A DNA stretch of 64,000 bases, taken from the NCBI RefSeq assembly GCF_036971445.1, contig NC_091473.1, positions 205,840,001-205,904,000 on the forward strand, written 5' to 3'. The stretch is from Narcine bancroftii (taxonomy: Eukaryota). Every line of letters begins with the position of its first letter. Within the stretch, counting starts at the first letter, position 1. The position numbers and the translations under genes were made by a program. Shown here piece after piece: positions 52,681 through 64,000 of this stretch. Under the pieces are notes generated by a model. The model was not told where the DNA came from. It was given only the letters and a program-made list of their open reading frames with translations, and did no database searches.

Positions 52681-55600
52681 GCTGGTCCGGGCGAAGGGTT
52701 GGCGGCGGAGGCCTTGATCCGGGCAGAGAGTGGGAGGCGGCGGCCCCAGTCTGGGCACAGGGAGAGCTGCGGCGGCCCCGGCCCCGGTCAGGGCGAAGGC
52801 TAGGCGACGGCGGCCCCGATCCGTGCAGGAGCAAGGGGGAGACGGCGGCCCCGGCCTCGGTCGAGTGAGGCAGGCGGAGGCCCCGATACGGGCAGAGAGT
52901 GGGAGGCGGAGGCCCCAGTCCGGGCACAGGGAGAGCTGCGGCGGCCCCGGCCCCGGTCCGGGCGAAGGGTAGGCGGCGGCGGCCCCGATCCGGACAGGAG
53001 CAAGGGGGAGACGGCGGCCCCGGCCTCGTTCGAGTGAGGCAGGCAGAGGTCCCGATCCGAGCAGAGAGTGGGAGGCGGAGGCCCCAGTCCGGGCACAGGG
53101 AGAGCAGCGGCGGCCCCGACCCCGGTCCGGGCGAAGGGTAGGCGGCGGCGGCGCCGATCCGGGCAGGAGCAAGGGAGAGACGTTGGCCCCGGCCTCGGTC
53201 GAGTGAGGCAGGCGGAGGCCCTGATCCGGGCAGAGAGTGGGAGGCGGCGGCCCTAGGCCGGACACAGGGAGAGCAGCAGCGGCCTCGGCCCCGGTCAGGG
53301 CAGTATGGACCCACCTAGGAGGGGAGGCAGACCCCTTCAGCCCGGGTAAGAAACCTGCATAGGAGAAGGCCACTCTGATATAAAACCTACGACCCAAGGA
53401 CCTAGCTGCCACGTCCCAGCTTGCTTGGCCACGGCACACGAACCATGGGTGTAAAGGGTGGGGCCAGTACTGCGTGCACTGCACTCCACCTAAAAGCTCC
53501 TTAGCGCAGGCCCGAGATCAGGTCCACGTCCTCCCCCTCCACGTCCTCCTCCTCCACGTGCTCCCCCTCAAAGGATGCTCACAAACTCAAGCTAGCATAC
53601 TGGAACATCAGAACCATGCTAGACAAGGCTGACAGCCACCGACCTGAATGTCGGTCGGCCCTCATTGCACATGAACTCCTCAGACTTGACATCGACATAG
53701 CCGCTCTCAGTGAAGTCCGCCTGGCAGATGTAGGCAGCCTCCAAGAACGCAGCGCGGGCTACACACTCTACTGGTCTGGCAAGCCTTCGGATGAATGACG
53801 CCTCTCTGGCGTAGGTTTTATGGTCAAGAACTTCATTGCCTCCAAACTCGAAAAACTTCCGACAGGCCACTCGGACCGAATCATGTCCATGCGACTCCCC
53901 CTTCAAAACAAGCGTCGCATCACCCTCATCAGTGTCTATGCTCCAACCCTCCAGGCGGAACCAGCAGAAAAGGACAAGTTCTACTCTGACCTGGGCAAAC
54001 TCATCCAACGCACCCTTACAGCCGACAAGGTTGTCATCCTTGGCGACTTCAACGCTCACGTCGGCAAAGACTCAGAAACCTGGCCAGGAATCCTGGGCAA
54101 GCATGGCGTAGGCAGGTGCAACGACAATGGGCGCCTCCTGTTGGAGCTCTGCACAGAACAGTGGCTTGTCATGACAAACACCCTTTTTCAGCAGAGGGAC
54201 AGCCTTAAGACTACCTGGATGCATCCCCGATCCAAACACTGGCACCTCCTGGACTGCATCCTGGTGCGAGAAAGTGACAAACGAGATGTGCTCCACACCA
54301 GGGTCATGCCCAGCGCGGAATGCCACACTGACCACCAGCTGGTTCGCTGCAAGCTCAAGCTTCACTTCAAGCCAAAGCCCAGGAACAGTAAAGCCCCCAG
54401 AAAGAGGTTCAATGTTGGAAACTTGCAGTCAGACGAAGCGAGAGGAAACTTCCAGGCAAACCTCAAAGCAAAGCTCGACGATGCAACCCGCCTCACAGAA
54501 CCGTCCCCTGAAACCCTCTGGGACCAGTTGAAGGCTACCATACTGCAATCCACTGAAGAGGTACTGGGCTTCTCCTCCAGGAAAAACAAGGACTGGTTCG
54601 ACGAAAACAGCCAGGAAATCCAGGAGCTGCTGGCAAAGAAGCGAGCTGCCCACCAGGCTCACCTTACAAAGCCGTCCTGTCCAGAGAAGAAACAAGCCTT
54701 CCGTCGCGCATGCAGCCATCTTCAGTGCAAACTCCGGGAGATCCAAAATGAGTGGTGGACTAGCCTCGCCAAACGAACCCAGCTCAGCGCGGACATTGGC
54801 GACTTCAGGGGTTTTTTATGAGGCTCTAAAGGCTGTGTACGGCCCCTCACCCGAAGTCCAAAGCCCGCCGCGCAGGTCCGACGGCAAAGTCCTCCTCAGC
54901 GACAAGATCTCCATCCTCAACCAATGGTCAGAACACTTCCAATCACTTTTCAGTGCCAACCGCTCAGTCCAAGATTCTGCCCTGCTCCAGCTCCCTCAAA
55001 AGCCCCTAAGGCTAGAGCTGGATGAGGTCCTCACCCAGGATGAGACATATAAGGCAATCGAACAACTGAAAAGTGGAAAAGCAGCAGGTATGGATGGAAT
55101 CCCCCCCAGAGGTCTGGAAGGCTGGCGGAAAAACTCTGCATGACAAACTGCATGAGTTTTTCAAGCTTTGTTGGGACCAAGGTAAACTGCCTCAGGACCT
55201 TCGTGATGCCACCATCATCACCCTGTACAAAAACAAAGGCGAGAAATCAGACTGCTCAAACTACAGGGGAATCACGCTGCTCTCCATTGCAGGCAAAATC
55301 TTCGCTAGGATTCTACTAAATAGAATAATACCTAGTGTCACCGAGAATATTCTCCCAGAATCACAGTGTGGCTTTTGCGCAAACAGAGGAACTACTGACA
55401 TGGTCTTTGCCCTCAGACAGCTCCAAGAAAAGTGCAGAGAACAAAACAAAGGACTCTACATCACCTTTGCTGACCTCACCAAAGCCTTCGACACCGTGAG
55501 CAGGAAAGGGCTTTGGCAAATAATAGAGCACATCGGATGCCCCCCAAAGTTCCACAACATGATAATCCAACTGCACGAAAACCAACAAGGTCGGGTCAGA

Positions 55601-56829
55601 TACAGCAATGAGCTCTCTGAACCCTTCTCCATTAACAATGGAGTGAAGCAAGGCTGTGTTCTCGCACCAACCCTCTTTTCAATCTTCTTCAGCATGATGC
55701 TGAACCAAGCCATGAAAGACCTCAACAATGAAGATGCTGTTTACATCCGGTACCGCACGTATGGCAGTCTCTTCAATCTGAGGCGCCTGCAAGCTTACAC
55801 CAAGACACAAGAGAAACTTCTCCGTGAACTACTCTTTGCAGACGATGCCGCTTTAGTTGCCCATTCAGAGCCAGCTCTTCAGTGCTTGACGTCCTGCTTT
55901 GCGGAAACTGCCAAAATATTTGGCCTGGAAGTTAGCCTGAAGAAAACTGAGGTCCTCCATCAGCCAGCTTCCCACCATGACTACCAGTCCCCCACATCTC
56001 CATTGGGCACACAAAACTCAAAACGGTCAACCAGTTTACCTATCTCGGCTGCACCATTTCATCAGATGCAAGGATCGACAATGAGATAGACAACAGACTC
56101 GCCAAGGCAAATAGCGCCTTTGGAAGACTACACAAAAGAGTCTGGAAAAACAACCAACTGAAAAACCTCACAAAGATAAGCGTATACAGAGCCGTTATCA
56201 TACCCACACTCCTGTTCGGCTCCAAATCATGGATCCTCTACCGGCATCATCTACGGCTCCTAGAACGCTTCCACCAGCGTTATCTCCGCTCCATCCTCAA
56301 CATCCATTGGAGTGCTTTCATCCCTAACGTCGAAGTACTCGAGATGGCAGAGGTCGACAGCATCGAGTCCACGCTGCTGAAGATCCAGCTGCGCTGGGTG
56401 GGTCACGTCTCCAGAATGGAGGACCATCGCCTTCACAAGATTGTGTTATATGGCGAGCTCTCCACTGGCCACCGTGACAGAGGTGCACGAAAGAAAACGT
56501 AGAACGACTGCCTAAAGAAATCTCTTGGTGCCTGCCACATTGACCACCGCCAGTGGGCTGATATCACCTCAAACCGTGCATCTTGGGGCCTCACAGTTTG
56601 GCGGGCAGCAACCTCCTTTGAAGAAGTCCGCAGAGCCCACCTCACTGACAAAAGGCAAAGGAGGAAAAACCCAACACCTAACCCCAACCAACCAATTTTC
56701 CCCTGCAGCCGCTGCAACCATGTCTGCCTGTCCCGCATCGGACTTGTCAGCCACAAACGAGCCTGCAGCTGACGTGGACTTTTTACCCTCTCCATAAATC
56801 TTCGTCCACGAAGCCAAGACAAAGAAGAA
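52681..56829 (+). mobile_element. Near full-length RTE-clade LINE (copy 3) with GC-rich tandem 5' region
   Basis: WNIRTMLD, IAALSEVR, ISVYAPT, LGDFNAHVG, CHTDH, RT with LLFADD and C-terminal CSRC..HKRAC. It has few disablements and a possible AATCTT TSD. Confidence 0.93.
52685..53301 (+). repeat. GC-rich tandem repeat, 169-bp period, ~3.6 copies
   Basis: GTGGGAGGCGG recurs at 52730, 52899, 53068 and 53237. Confidence 0.9.
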
Positions 56830-57115
56830 TCTTATGTATGTACTTATATATTCCTGCTTTTTAATTGATAAGTGTTCTAATAAGGCGTCTCTCCTTGATT
56901 CTATCTCTCCCAGAGTGAGCCCACATAAGGAAAGGAGAGTGTCCTTCTTCAGATTGGGTCGGTTGTGAGGGACAATTTATGAATGATCAACTAAATACCC
57001 GTAATATCTCGAGGAGAAGAGTATGATCCTAACCTGCATTTCCTCACAGCAACATGATTGGACGCAGAAGCACTGTCGTATCGATTGGAGGAGATTTGTT
57101 GTCAAACCAAACACC

Positions 57116-57720
57116 ATATCCTTCTTCTGCTCCATATTGATTATTATTCCGCGTGCTCCAGTAAGTGTTTGTTTTAATGGACCCTGTGGTGACCGTGGCT
57201 TCGGTGGTCGTCCACATCGCTCATTGTTTCCACATTTTATTTCCAGTTGTCAAAGGTGCTGATTGAAGCACCGAACAAGCGCCTGAGCTGTCTGCCGATG
57301 ATTGCCAAACTGTAACATTGAATATCAGTAATCCTGCACATTATCTAGTTATACTCTATTCAAAAATATTCAATATCCTTGGCATTAAAAATTAAAACAC
57401 GAAAGTCTGCAGACACAGTGTTTGAAAAAAATCCAAAACAAAACATAATGCTAAAGAAACTCAAATGGTCAAACAGTATAGCTTATCCAGCAAAGATTTA
57501 AAAAAATATACACAGCCAACGTTTCAGTCTTGAGTCTTGAATTAAGGGAGGAAAACCGATATTCACTAAATATGTTACCTTCTTGGTCCGGAGACCGGGC
57601 ACTTGTGTTTACAGCCAAGTGTTCGGCTATGAATCGATTGTTTCCGTCTTTATCTCAGCCGTGCATGTGTTCCATGAACCCCACACCACGGCAGAGAAGC
57701 AACAAATCTGAAGAAAATAA
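57116..57720 (+). pseudogene. TCR V pseudogene with a ~170-bp insertion in FR2 and a degenerate RSS
   Basis: The leader 57116-57160 has ATG->ATA; the GTAAGT..TTCCAG intron of 86 bp resembles the intact V intron. The exon reads VKGAD*STEQAPELSADDCQTVTLNISNPAHY.SYTLF..QYP [insert ~57385-57555] RYSLNMLPSWSGDRALVFTAKCSAM..CSMNP. CACACCA (57682-88) is followed by 23 nt and AGAAAATAA. Confidence 0.8.
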
Positions 57721-58039
57721 AACCCTGAGGTTCGAGCGAGAACCCACGAGCGGTTCTTCTCTCCCCGGTAAACAGAAGTATTGCAAGTGAAAAATGCATT
57801 TGAGCTTTCAGCATGTACGATGCAAAGCTTCTCATCTAAGGAGCAGATAATCAATACTCCCGACGTTCATCACTTCATTTAAAGATGGTGTCGGGAAGTT
57901 ACAATGAGTTTGCAAGAGGAGAACATTTGGAAATTAACTGCATAAACAAGTTATCTGATGCTGAACTTCATAGAAGACAGAGGTTGAAATGAGGGTGGAG
58001 ATAAAAATGATGGTGCTGTCGAAGCCTCAGTTACGGCAG

Positions 58040-59090
58040 CGCTACAATGTTGGTGCGGTCCCACGAAGAGCCGGAAGCTGCGACACAGCACTCTTGCGGG
58101 GTCCAACCCTCCAGAGCAGTGCAGGCTTTGAATGGGCCGTTAAAAGAGCCGACGGTGGGTTTATTTAAAATAGCGCAATCGCGGGGTCTGTGCCCATGTT
58201 GGCGACGGGTTTGATCTGCAGTCACCAGGGGTGCAGATTCCAGGGAGGCAGAAGAGTTTTTCATGACACCATAAACCGGCGCCATTTGAGCAGGAGAAGT
58301 AGAGGAAATGTCCTACAGGATAGTGGCCATGGTGGCGGGTCATTGAGGGGTTCTGCGGTTGAAGGAAGCACATAAGCAGCACGCTTCCGCTGACTTGAGG
58401 CGAGGAACCCACAGAGGCTTTGGGTTGCTGGAGACAGCAGTCAAGGGCTTAGCACTAGGTTGTGAAATGCTGGAAATGGGGTTGAAATTGGCTGAAAGGT
58501 TACCAGGTATTGGAACCAGGATTCAAGAGGGGGATGAGTCCGCTGGAGGGTTCCGAATCATATTGGAGGTTTGGATTTGAATCTCAGTTTGCTGATGGTT
58601 TGAACTGTAATCATTAACTGTGTTAATCCTGCGGCATGAGATTGTGGCAATGCCTTCTGTTAGATCAGGTATCATTGAGAAAAATTATGCAAATAGAATC
58701 TTCAAACTAACCTGCACACCTCACCGAAAATGCCCACCCGCACTGCTCCAATTTGTTAATTCTATCAATGAATTTGTCCGTCAAAATGTTTAATTAAATT
58801 TCCAACAATACCACCCCAGTTACCCCATTGCTCCATTCACCCACCACACATGGTTTATTATGTATTATGTGGCTGCGGAGGCTGCGGTGCGGCTGGATGC
58901 GAATGCACCAACATTTAGAGACTCCAAGTGAACTCTTTATTTCTTACCTTTCTTAGTCAGGCTGTAATAGGTGATTCAGGATGTTTTTGCCGGTGACGAA
59001 TCTATCCGATTACAGCAGTCAACATCAATTTTGTGAAATACTACGCTGTTTTATTACGTGACGATAAATTTAATATTGAATTATGAATCT
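58040..59090 (+). repeat. Non-coding interspersed repeat (SINE or non-autonomous-like)
   Basis: Homologous to 12187-12575; ends in an AT-rich TGAAT-type tail. Confidence 0.4.
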
Positions 59091-59681
59091 TAACTCTCGA
59101 ATCTATTGAATTGGATCCTCATAGGTGACTTTAATAAACCGTGTGTGTTCTGGGTGAATGTGGGTGAATTTCCTCTGCTTTTCAATCGAATTGCATCGCC
59201 CTGCATGTCCTATTGCTTTTGCGATCAGGAGAAAAATCGCCTTGATTTTTCTAATCCAGTCGTTTTGTTGAAAATTCGAATCACAATGCAACAAATATTT
59301 TGGGGTACAACATTCTTTGTGTCTGTTGTGAATTGCTAAAGAAATATATTGCAGACATTGCAAGAGAATTACATATATTTCACACACTCGCACGCGTGTT
59401 CTCAACACTCAATCATAGCGAGCGAGTGGGAGCTGGGGGGGGGGGGGGCGCGGGAGAAAGAAAGAGAAATGTATGATCTGCGATCAAGCACGGGGGAACG
59501 AGAATCGTATATCCAAAAAATTCCTCATTTGTAAGTGGCCAGGAAATCAGAACCGCAGATCCGCTCATATTCTCGCGTTAAGCAAAGAACCTGCGCCTGA
59601 TCAGTGTCACATTAGAAATATCAAATCCGCAGCAGACACACGGTGATACCTATCCACTCTTCCCCATTTGTTTCCTAATCG

Positions 59682-59830
59682 CTCAACTCTCTCTGGTTGA
59701 CGCTGAAAATGTCATCTGTGTTTCGCGGTGAGACCCATTTTTAATGGATCTGCCGTGCCACGTGTCTTCAGTACAGTTCCAATCTGATCACAGCTTTTGT
59801 GCTTTGTTGCAGGGGACTTTGGCGACGGTT
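59682..59830 (+). pseudogene. TCR V 5' remnant (leader without ATG, intron, first codons), cut off by a Gypsy element
   Basis: A 46-nt leader-like exon (L)NSLWLTLKMSSVFR+G is followed by an 85-bp GTGAGA..TTGTTGCAG intron. The exon starts GDFGD (compare DVYGD and DDFAD) and V homology stops at ~59830. Confidence 0.7.
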
Positions 59831-62800
59831 TGTTATTGCGTACTTAATTATGCGTCGAGTAGGTTGGTGAGGTAAACCAAACAAATTACCTTACTGAACA
59901 CAATGAAACATGCTAGACAAGGTGGAGAGGGGAAGAGAGATCCCACGGCGTGGCGTCTGCTCCCTGCCAATATGAGATTCGAATAATGCGCCCTCGTGCA
60001 GCTCGCACATGCGCAGCATGCTGTTGCAAGTACGGTGGCTGCAATGCGGTTATAGTGGGTGCAAAGAACCTGATGAAAGCGGCTATCTACGTCACGGACA
60101 TGTCACAGTGAATATGTATACCTTCCACTAGTGCAATAATACATACATTCAAGCTCTTTACATTCAACCCAGTTCAGTCCTGTATTTTGGGTTGGGCTTA
60201 TAGACACGACCAGCGCATGTTTTGTAATTGCCTTCCGATAATATGGATGGTTAGGGCAACTTGTCCTGATTGTTTCTGCTGTCCAAAGGTTGAGGGGCAA
60301 TGTCCATCACTTCTCCTGTTGTTACGGGGGGACGGCTCTTGTCTATCCAGGGCCCATGTTCCAACTCCAAACGTGTCGATATGTCTTGGTTGTTTTGAGA
60401 TGGAGTGGCTCTCCAAGTGCGATGATGCGTCATCTGTTCTTCCTGTATATTCGCCTCCTAACGAACCAAGTATGACTTGGGTTGTGCCAGTTAGTTTAAA
60501 TTATACCCAGGTGCTCGTAACCTTGTTTTATAGTAACCTTTATTTGTGCTAGCCTTCTTTTTATTAGCTGGACCTTGATGTCTTTCGGGTCCTTTGGTTG
60601 GGCCCCAAGAAGTCTCCTTGCCACTGGTAGAGTAGTCTTGGTCTGCCTGGACATTTACCAGTGCGCTGGAGAGCCCATGGTGGTGTTGCACGGCATGTTC
60701 CTTAAGTTTAGTAGGGTGAGGAAAATGTCTGCCTTCTCTCTGTGGAAATTCTCCATTAGATGCCTGGCACTGCTCACCGCACTTCGATTCAGTCCATTTG
60801 ATTATGTGTACTCTAGGCTGCTGGTGATCTGGATGAAGTGTCATTCTGTCGCCAAATTGCGAAACATCTAAGATGTGGACTATCTACCATTGTCCGAGAG
60901 AAGTGTGAGCTGCCCCGTGTACCAAAAATAATCAATTTTAGTTTGGTGATGACAGCCACAGAGCTTGAGATCTGGAGCAGGTCTATATCAAACCAGCCTG
61001 AGTATGTGTCTATTAGTATTAGGTACTGTTGCCTCCGCCATTCAAAGATGTTGGAATCGTCGGTCGACCAGGGAAGGTCGGGTACCGGGTATAACTGCAA
61101 TGGCTCTTTCTGCTGGTGTGGCTTGGGACTGTTGAGCACCGAGCAGGACTATACCTCTTCATCTATGTTCTCTGCCATATCTGGCCAGATGTAAATGTTC
61201 CTTATTCTGTGTTTCATTGTTTCGGCGCCAGGTTGCCCTCTGTGCAAGATCTCCACATACGTATTCTGCAATGTTCTGGTGATGCCTGCCCTAGGTCCCT
61301 TCAGGATTACTCTTTCATCAATAAGCAGTTCGTTGCTGTAAGGAATAAAAGGTTGCACAGCTGGTGGCCGGCTGCACTGCTTGGCTGGCCAGCTGCCCCT
61401 AATGAAGATGCCCATAGTAGTAAGGGTTCCATTTTCTGCCGTGTGCTTTCTTAGTTCATCCATCCGGGCTGAGGAAACATGGGTTCGGTCATCATGTGGA
61501 AACTGTCCTCTTCCACGACCAGCTGGACCAGGTATTTTTAAGGTGCCCGTGATAAGGAAACGGCTAAATACATTTATTGCAGCATTTGTGTACGAGTGTA
61601 ACAGGGTATTTCTTGAGCCTGAGCTCATACCCTGGAGTCTCTCCAGCGCTGCGTGAATTGGCTTGTTTATTGTGGTCACCAGAGGTAAGTGGTTGGTTAC
61701 TGTGGTGACTGGCCTGCCATCAACATAATCATTCATTTTCGAGCAGGCGAAAACTATCGCCAGTAGCTCTTTGTCAAGTAAGCATACTTCGTCTCTATGT
61801 CTGTACGTGGCCGTCCTGCATTCATGCTTCCCTAGGCAGTACTGTGAGGCAACGCAGGTCAGCATCATCAGTCTACGTACGCCATATTAGGAGAGGACTG
61901 GAGGGAACCACATGTGTTTCTTTATGGCATTGAAGGCATTTTGTTGTTGTTCGTGCCAGGTCCATTCAACGTCTCTATAGGTCAACAGTTTAAGGGGGGC
62001 TGTAAATTCACTGAAGTTTGAGATGCCTTCAGGCCATTGCTGGTGAACATGTTGCCCATATTGCTGTGTTAATTTAGAAATAACCTGCTCTTGTAGAGGT
62101 TGAGCCGCAGGTTTACATTCACAGCCTGGTCCAACACCTTTCTGCGGTTGGTGTCATGTTTTTCTTGTTGAATATGATGGATTAGGGGTACTTTTGGAAT
62201 ACCTCACAAGTCGACCTGATGCGAACTAGCATTCTGAAGAAACTGTACCAACCAAAAGCAGTGCTGAACGTGGTCAGTATTGAACAGCGGTAGTCGAGCA
62301 AGATGTGCCTGACGAGGTCTTCAACACCTTGGACCGAGAATACCATTGCGCTGGCCATCCGTGCAGCAGGTTCGTCCACGCCGTGAATGGAGCAATGTGT
62401 TTTTTTTTACAGAGGTCTTGCGGATTTATGCATATTCTCATTCACTGTCTATCTTCTTTTGGTGGCTATCATGGAGGAGACTATTTGGTTGGTTCCTTGG
62501 CTGAAGTTATGAAGCCAAAGTCCTGCATTCTGTCCATCTCAGCCTTTAATTTATTTTTCATTTCTACTTGAATGCGGTGCACCAGACGGACTACAGTTCT
62601 TACCTCTTGTTTCCAGCCGCATGGAGTACATCACTGGCAGCCTGCAGAGCTCGTGAGTACAGTGAACGTTTCAAAACGTTTCTGTGAGATGTCATACTTG
62701 GAGGGGATCATCTGATGGACCTATGTGCTAAATGAAACAAACCCCATGTCGTAGTATACACTGAGTCCTAGCAGAGTCATGACGTCCTCGAGGACCATGA

Positions 62801-63365
62801 AGGAGGTTAGCATGTGGATCTGTCCTTGTAACAAACATCCCAGACACATTGTGCAGCTGGTCTGGATTCTGCTGACTCCATAAGCAATAGGCTGATAGAC
62901 GATGCATGGTTTGACTTGTTTCGTCTATCTCAGCCTGTTAAACGCCCTCAGTGACATGAAATTGCATTTTCCCCAGTGTCGACTTTCATCTCAGCTGACG
63001 TGCCTTTGACTTCCATGGATCCGACGATCTCTGCTGGGTTGCCTGCCATCCTTGTGGTAAGCCCATCAACGTCGTACTCATCGTCAGTTTTGCTCTCTCT
63101 CTGCTCTGCTTTCTAGTGGTCGATGGTCCCTCCGGGTCTAGTCCATGCAGTGGTTTGCTTCCTGGATCTGCAGCACCAGTTGATGTGGTTTCATTTGTCG
63201 CAGTTCCTGCAATACTGCCCGAACGCCGGACAGATCTCCCTTTTTAAAATGTGATCTCATCTGAAGTTTGCACTTCTTGTCTTGAACGTAGGGTGGCCGG
63301 GCTGGATTGGCTGGCTCTTCCTTCTGACCTGATTCCACTGTCTCCTCGCCGGTTCTGTCTGTATC
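59831..63365 (-). mobile_element. Decayed Ty3/Gypsy LTR retrotransposon
   Basis: RNase H-like KELLAIVFAC..TNHLPL, LHRGQPG...IWPDMAENI and integrase QQKEPL..PDLPWS..YLILIDTYSGW. The left end begins TGTTATTGCG (LTR-like). Confidence 0.8.
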
Positions 63366-63374
63366 GTATCAATG

Positions 63375-64000
63375 CTTATGGCCTGGTGGAGGGATAAAAT
63401 GGGACCACTTGGAGATCACGAGGTAGGCTCCGTGAAATCCAGAGGCGATGGGAGGAAATGTAAACTATTTTTTTTTAGTAGTCACCATGGAAAAAATATT
63501 GAACGAGATGTAGTGAAGAAATATGGTAGGGAGGTCATGGATAATGTTAGAATCAATGAGGAGGTAGTGTCAGCTATAGGGAAAAGAGATAAAGGTGCAT
63601 AAATCTCCAGGTCCTGACAAAATATTCCACAGGAACCTGAGGGATACTAGTGAACAAATAGTGGGCGCGTTGACCGAAATATTTAAAATATCACTGGCTA
63701 TGGAGGAAGTGCCGGAGGATTGGAAAGTGGCTCATATTGTTCCACTGTTCAAAAAGGATCCAAAAGTAAACCTGGTAATTATAGGTCTATACGTCGGACG
63801 TCAGCAGTGGGTAAATTAATAGAAATTGATCTTAGAGATGGTACATATAACTACTTGTAAAGACAGGGATTGATTCGCTGTAGTCAGCATGGTTATATTC
63901 ATGGTACATCATATCTAACAAATCTTACAGAATTTTTAGAAGAGGTTACTAAAAAGGTTGATGAGGGGAAGGCATTGGATGTTGTCTTTTTGGACTATAA
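63375..64000 (+). mobile_element. CR1 LINE fragment running off the window
   Basis: KSPGPDKI..EVPEDWKVAHIVPLFKK..SQHG..TNLTEFLEEVTK. Confidence 0.85.

Noticed and set aside
52685-53301. CRISPR-like repeat/spacer appearance
   Set aside because: The units are repeated in full with no unique spacers, the context is vertebrate, and there are no cas genes.
52597-53484. Long Pro/Gly/Arg-rich ORFs (295 aa, 216 aa)
   Set aside because: They are by-products of the stop-poor GC-rich 169-bp tandem repeat, open in several frames and on both strands.
58686-58697. Octamer ATGCAAAT as an Ig-type promoter
   Set aside because: It lies about 1 kb from the nearest leader and inside repeat-like DNA; expected by chance.
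59103-59408. Minus-strand ORFs containing TPKYLLHC (also 38781-39047) as V FR2
   Set aside because: No flanking Cys/Trp framework. The shared text is better explained as paralogous upstream non-coding sequence of two + strand leaders.

Overview
Eukaryotic, repeat-saturated vertebrate DNA. A cartilaginous fish is inferred from the CR1/HER1-type LINE tails, the RTE and L1-clade LINEs and the V-gene style. The window is part of a T-cell-receptor alpha/delta-type variable (V) segment cluster. One V segment looks intact: leader 23636-23681, 84-bp intron, V exon 23766-24072 and RSS 24073-24110. At least six paralogous remnants are broken: 11.7 kb, 19.5 kb, an orphan leader at 39.0 kb, 51.8 kb, 57.1-57.7 kb and 59.7 kb. 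Two or three very degenerate candidates also occur. The rest is nested retroelements: two decayed ERVs (one with both LTRs, a tRNA-Pro PBS and a PPT), three solo LTRs, two L1-clade LINEs, several CR1 LINEs, three RTE LINEs, a Gypsy element and a MITE. There are three N gaps. I see no D, J or C segments and no convincing wholly new biological system. The most notable signals are TE-driven birth and death of V genes, a chimeric RTE marking a probable unequal-crossover duplication, an exact 42-bp copy of the 5' LTR inside a provirus, and a higher-order GC-rich tandem array at an RTE 5' end. All assignments come from reading the sequence by eye; TE boundaries are approximate unless a junction is quoted.
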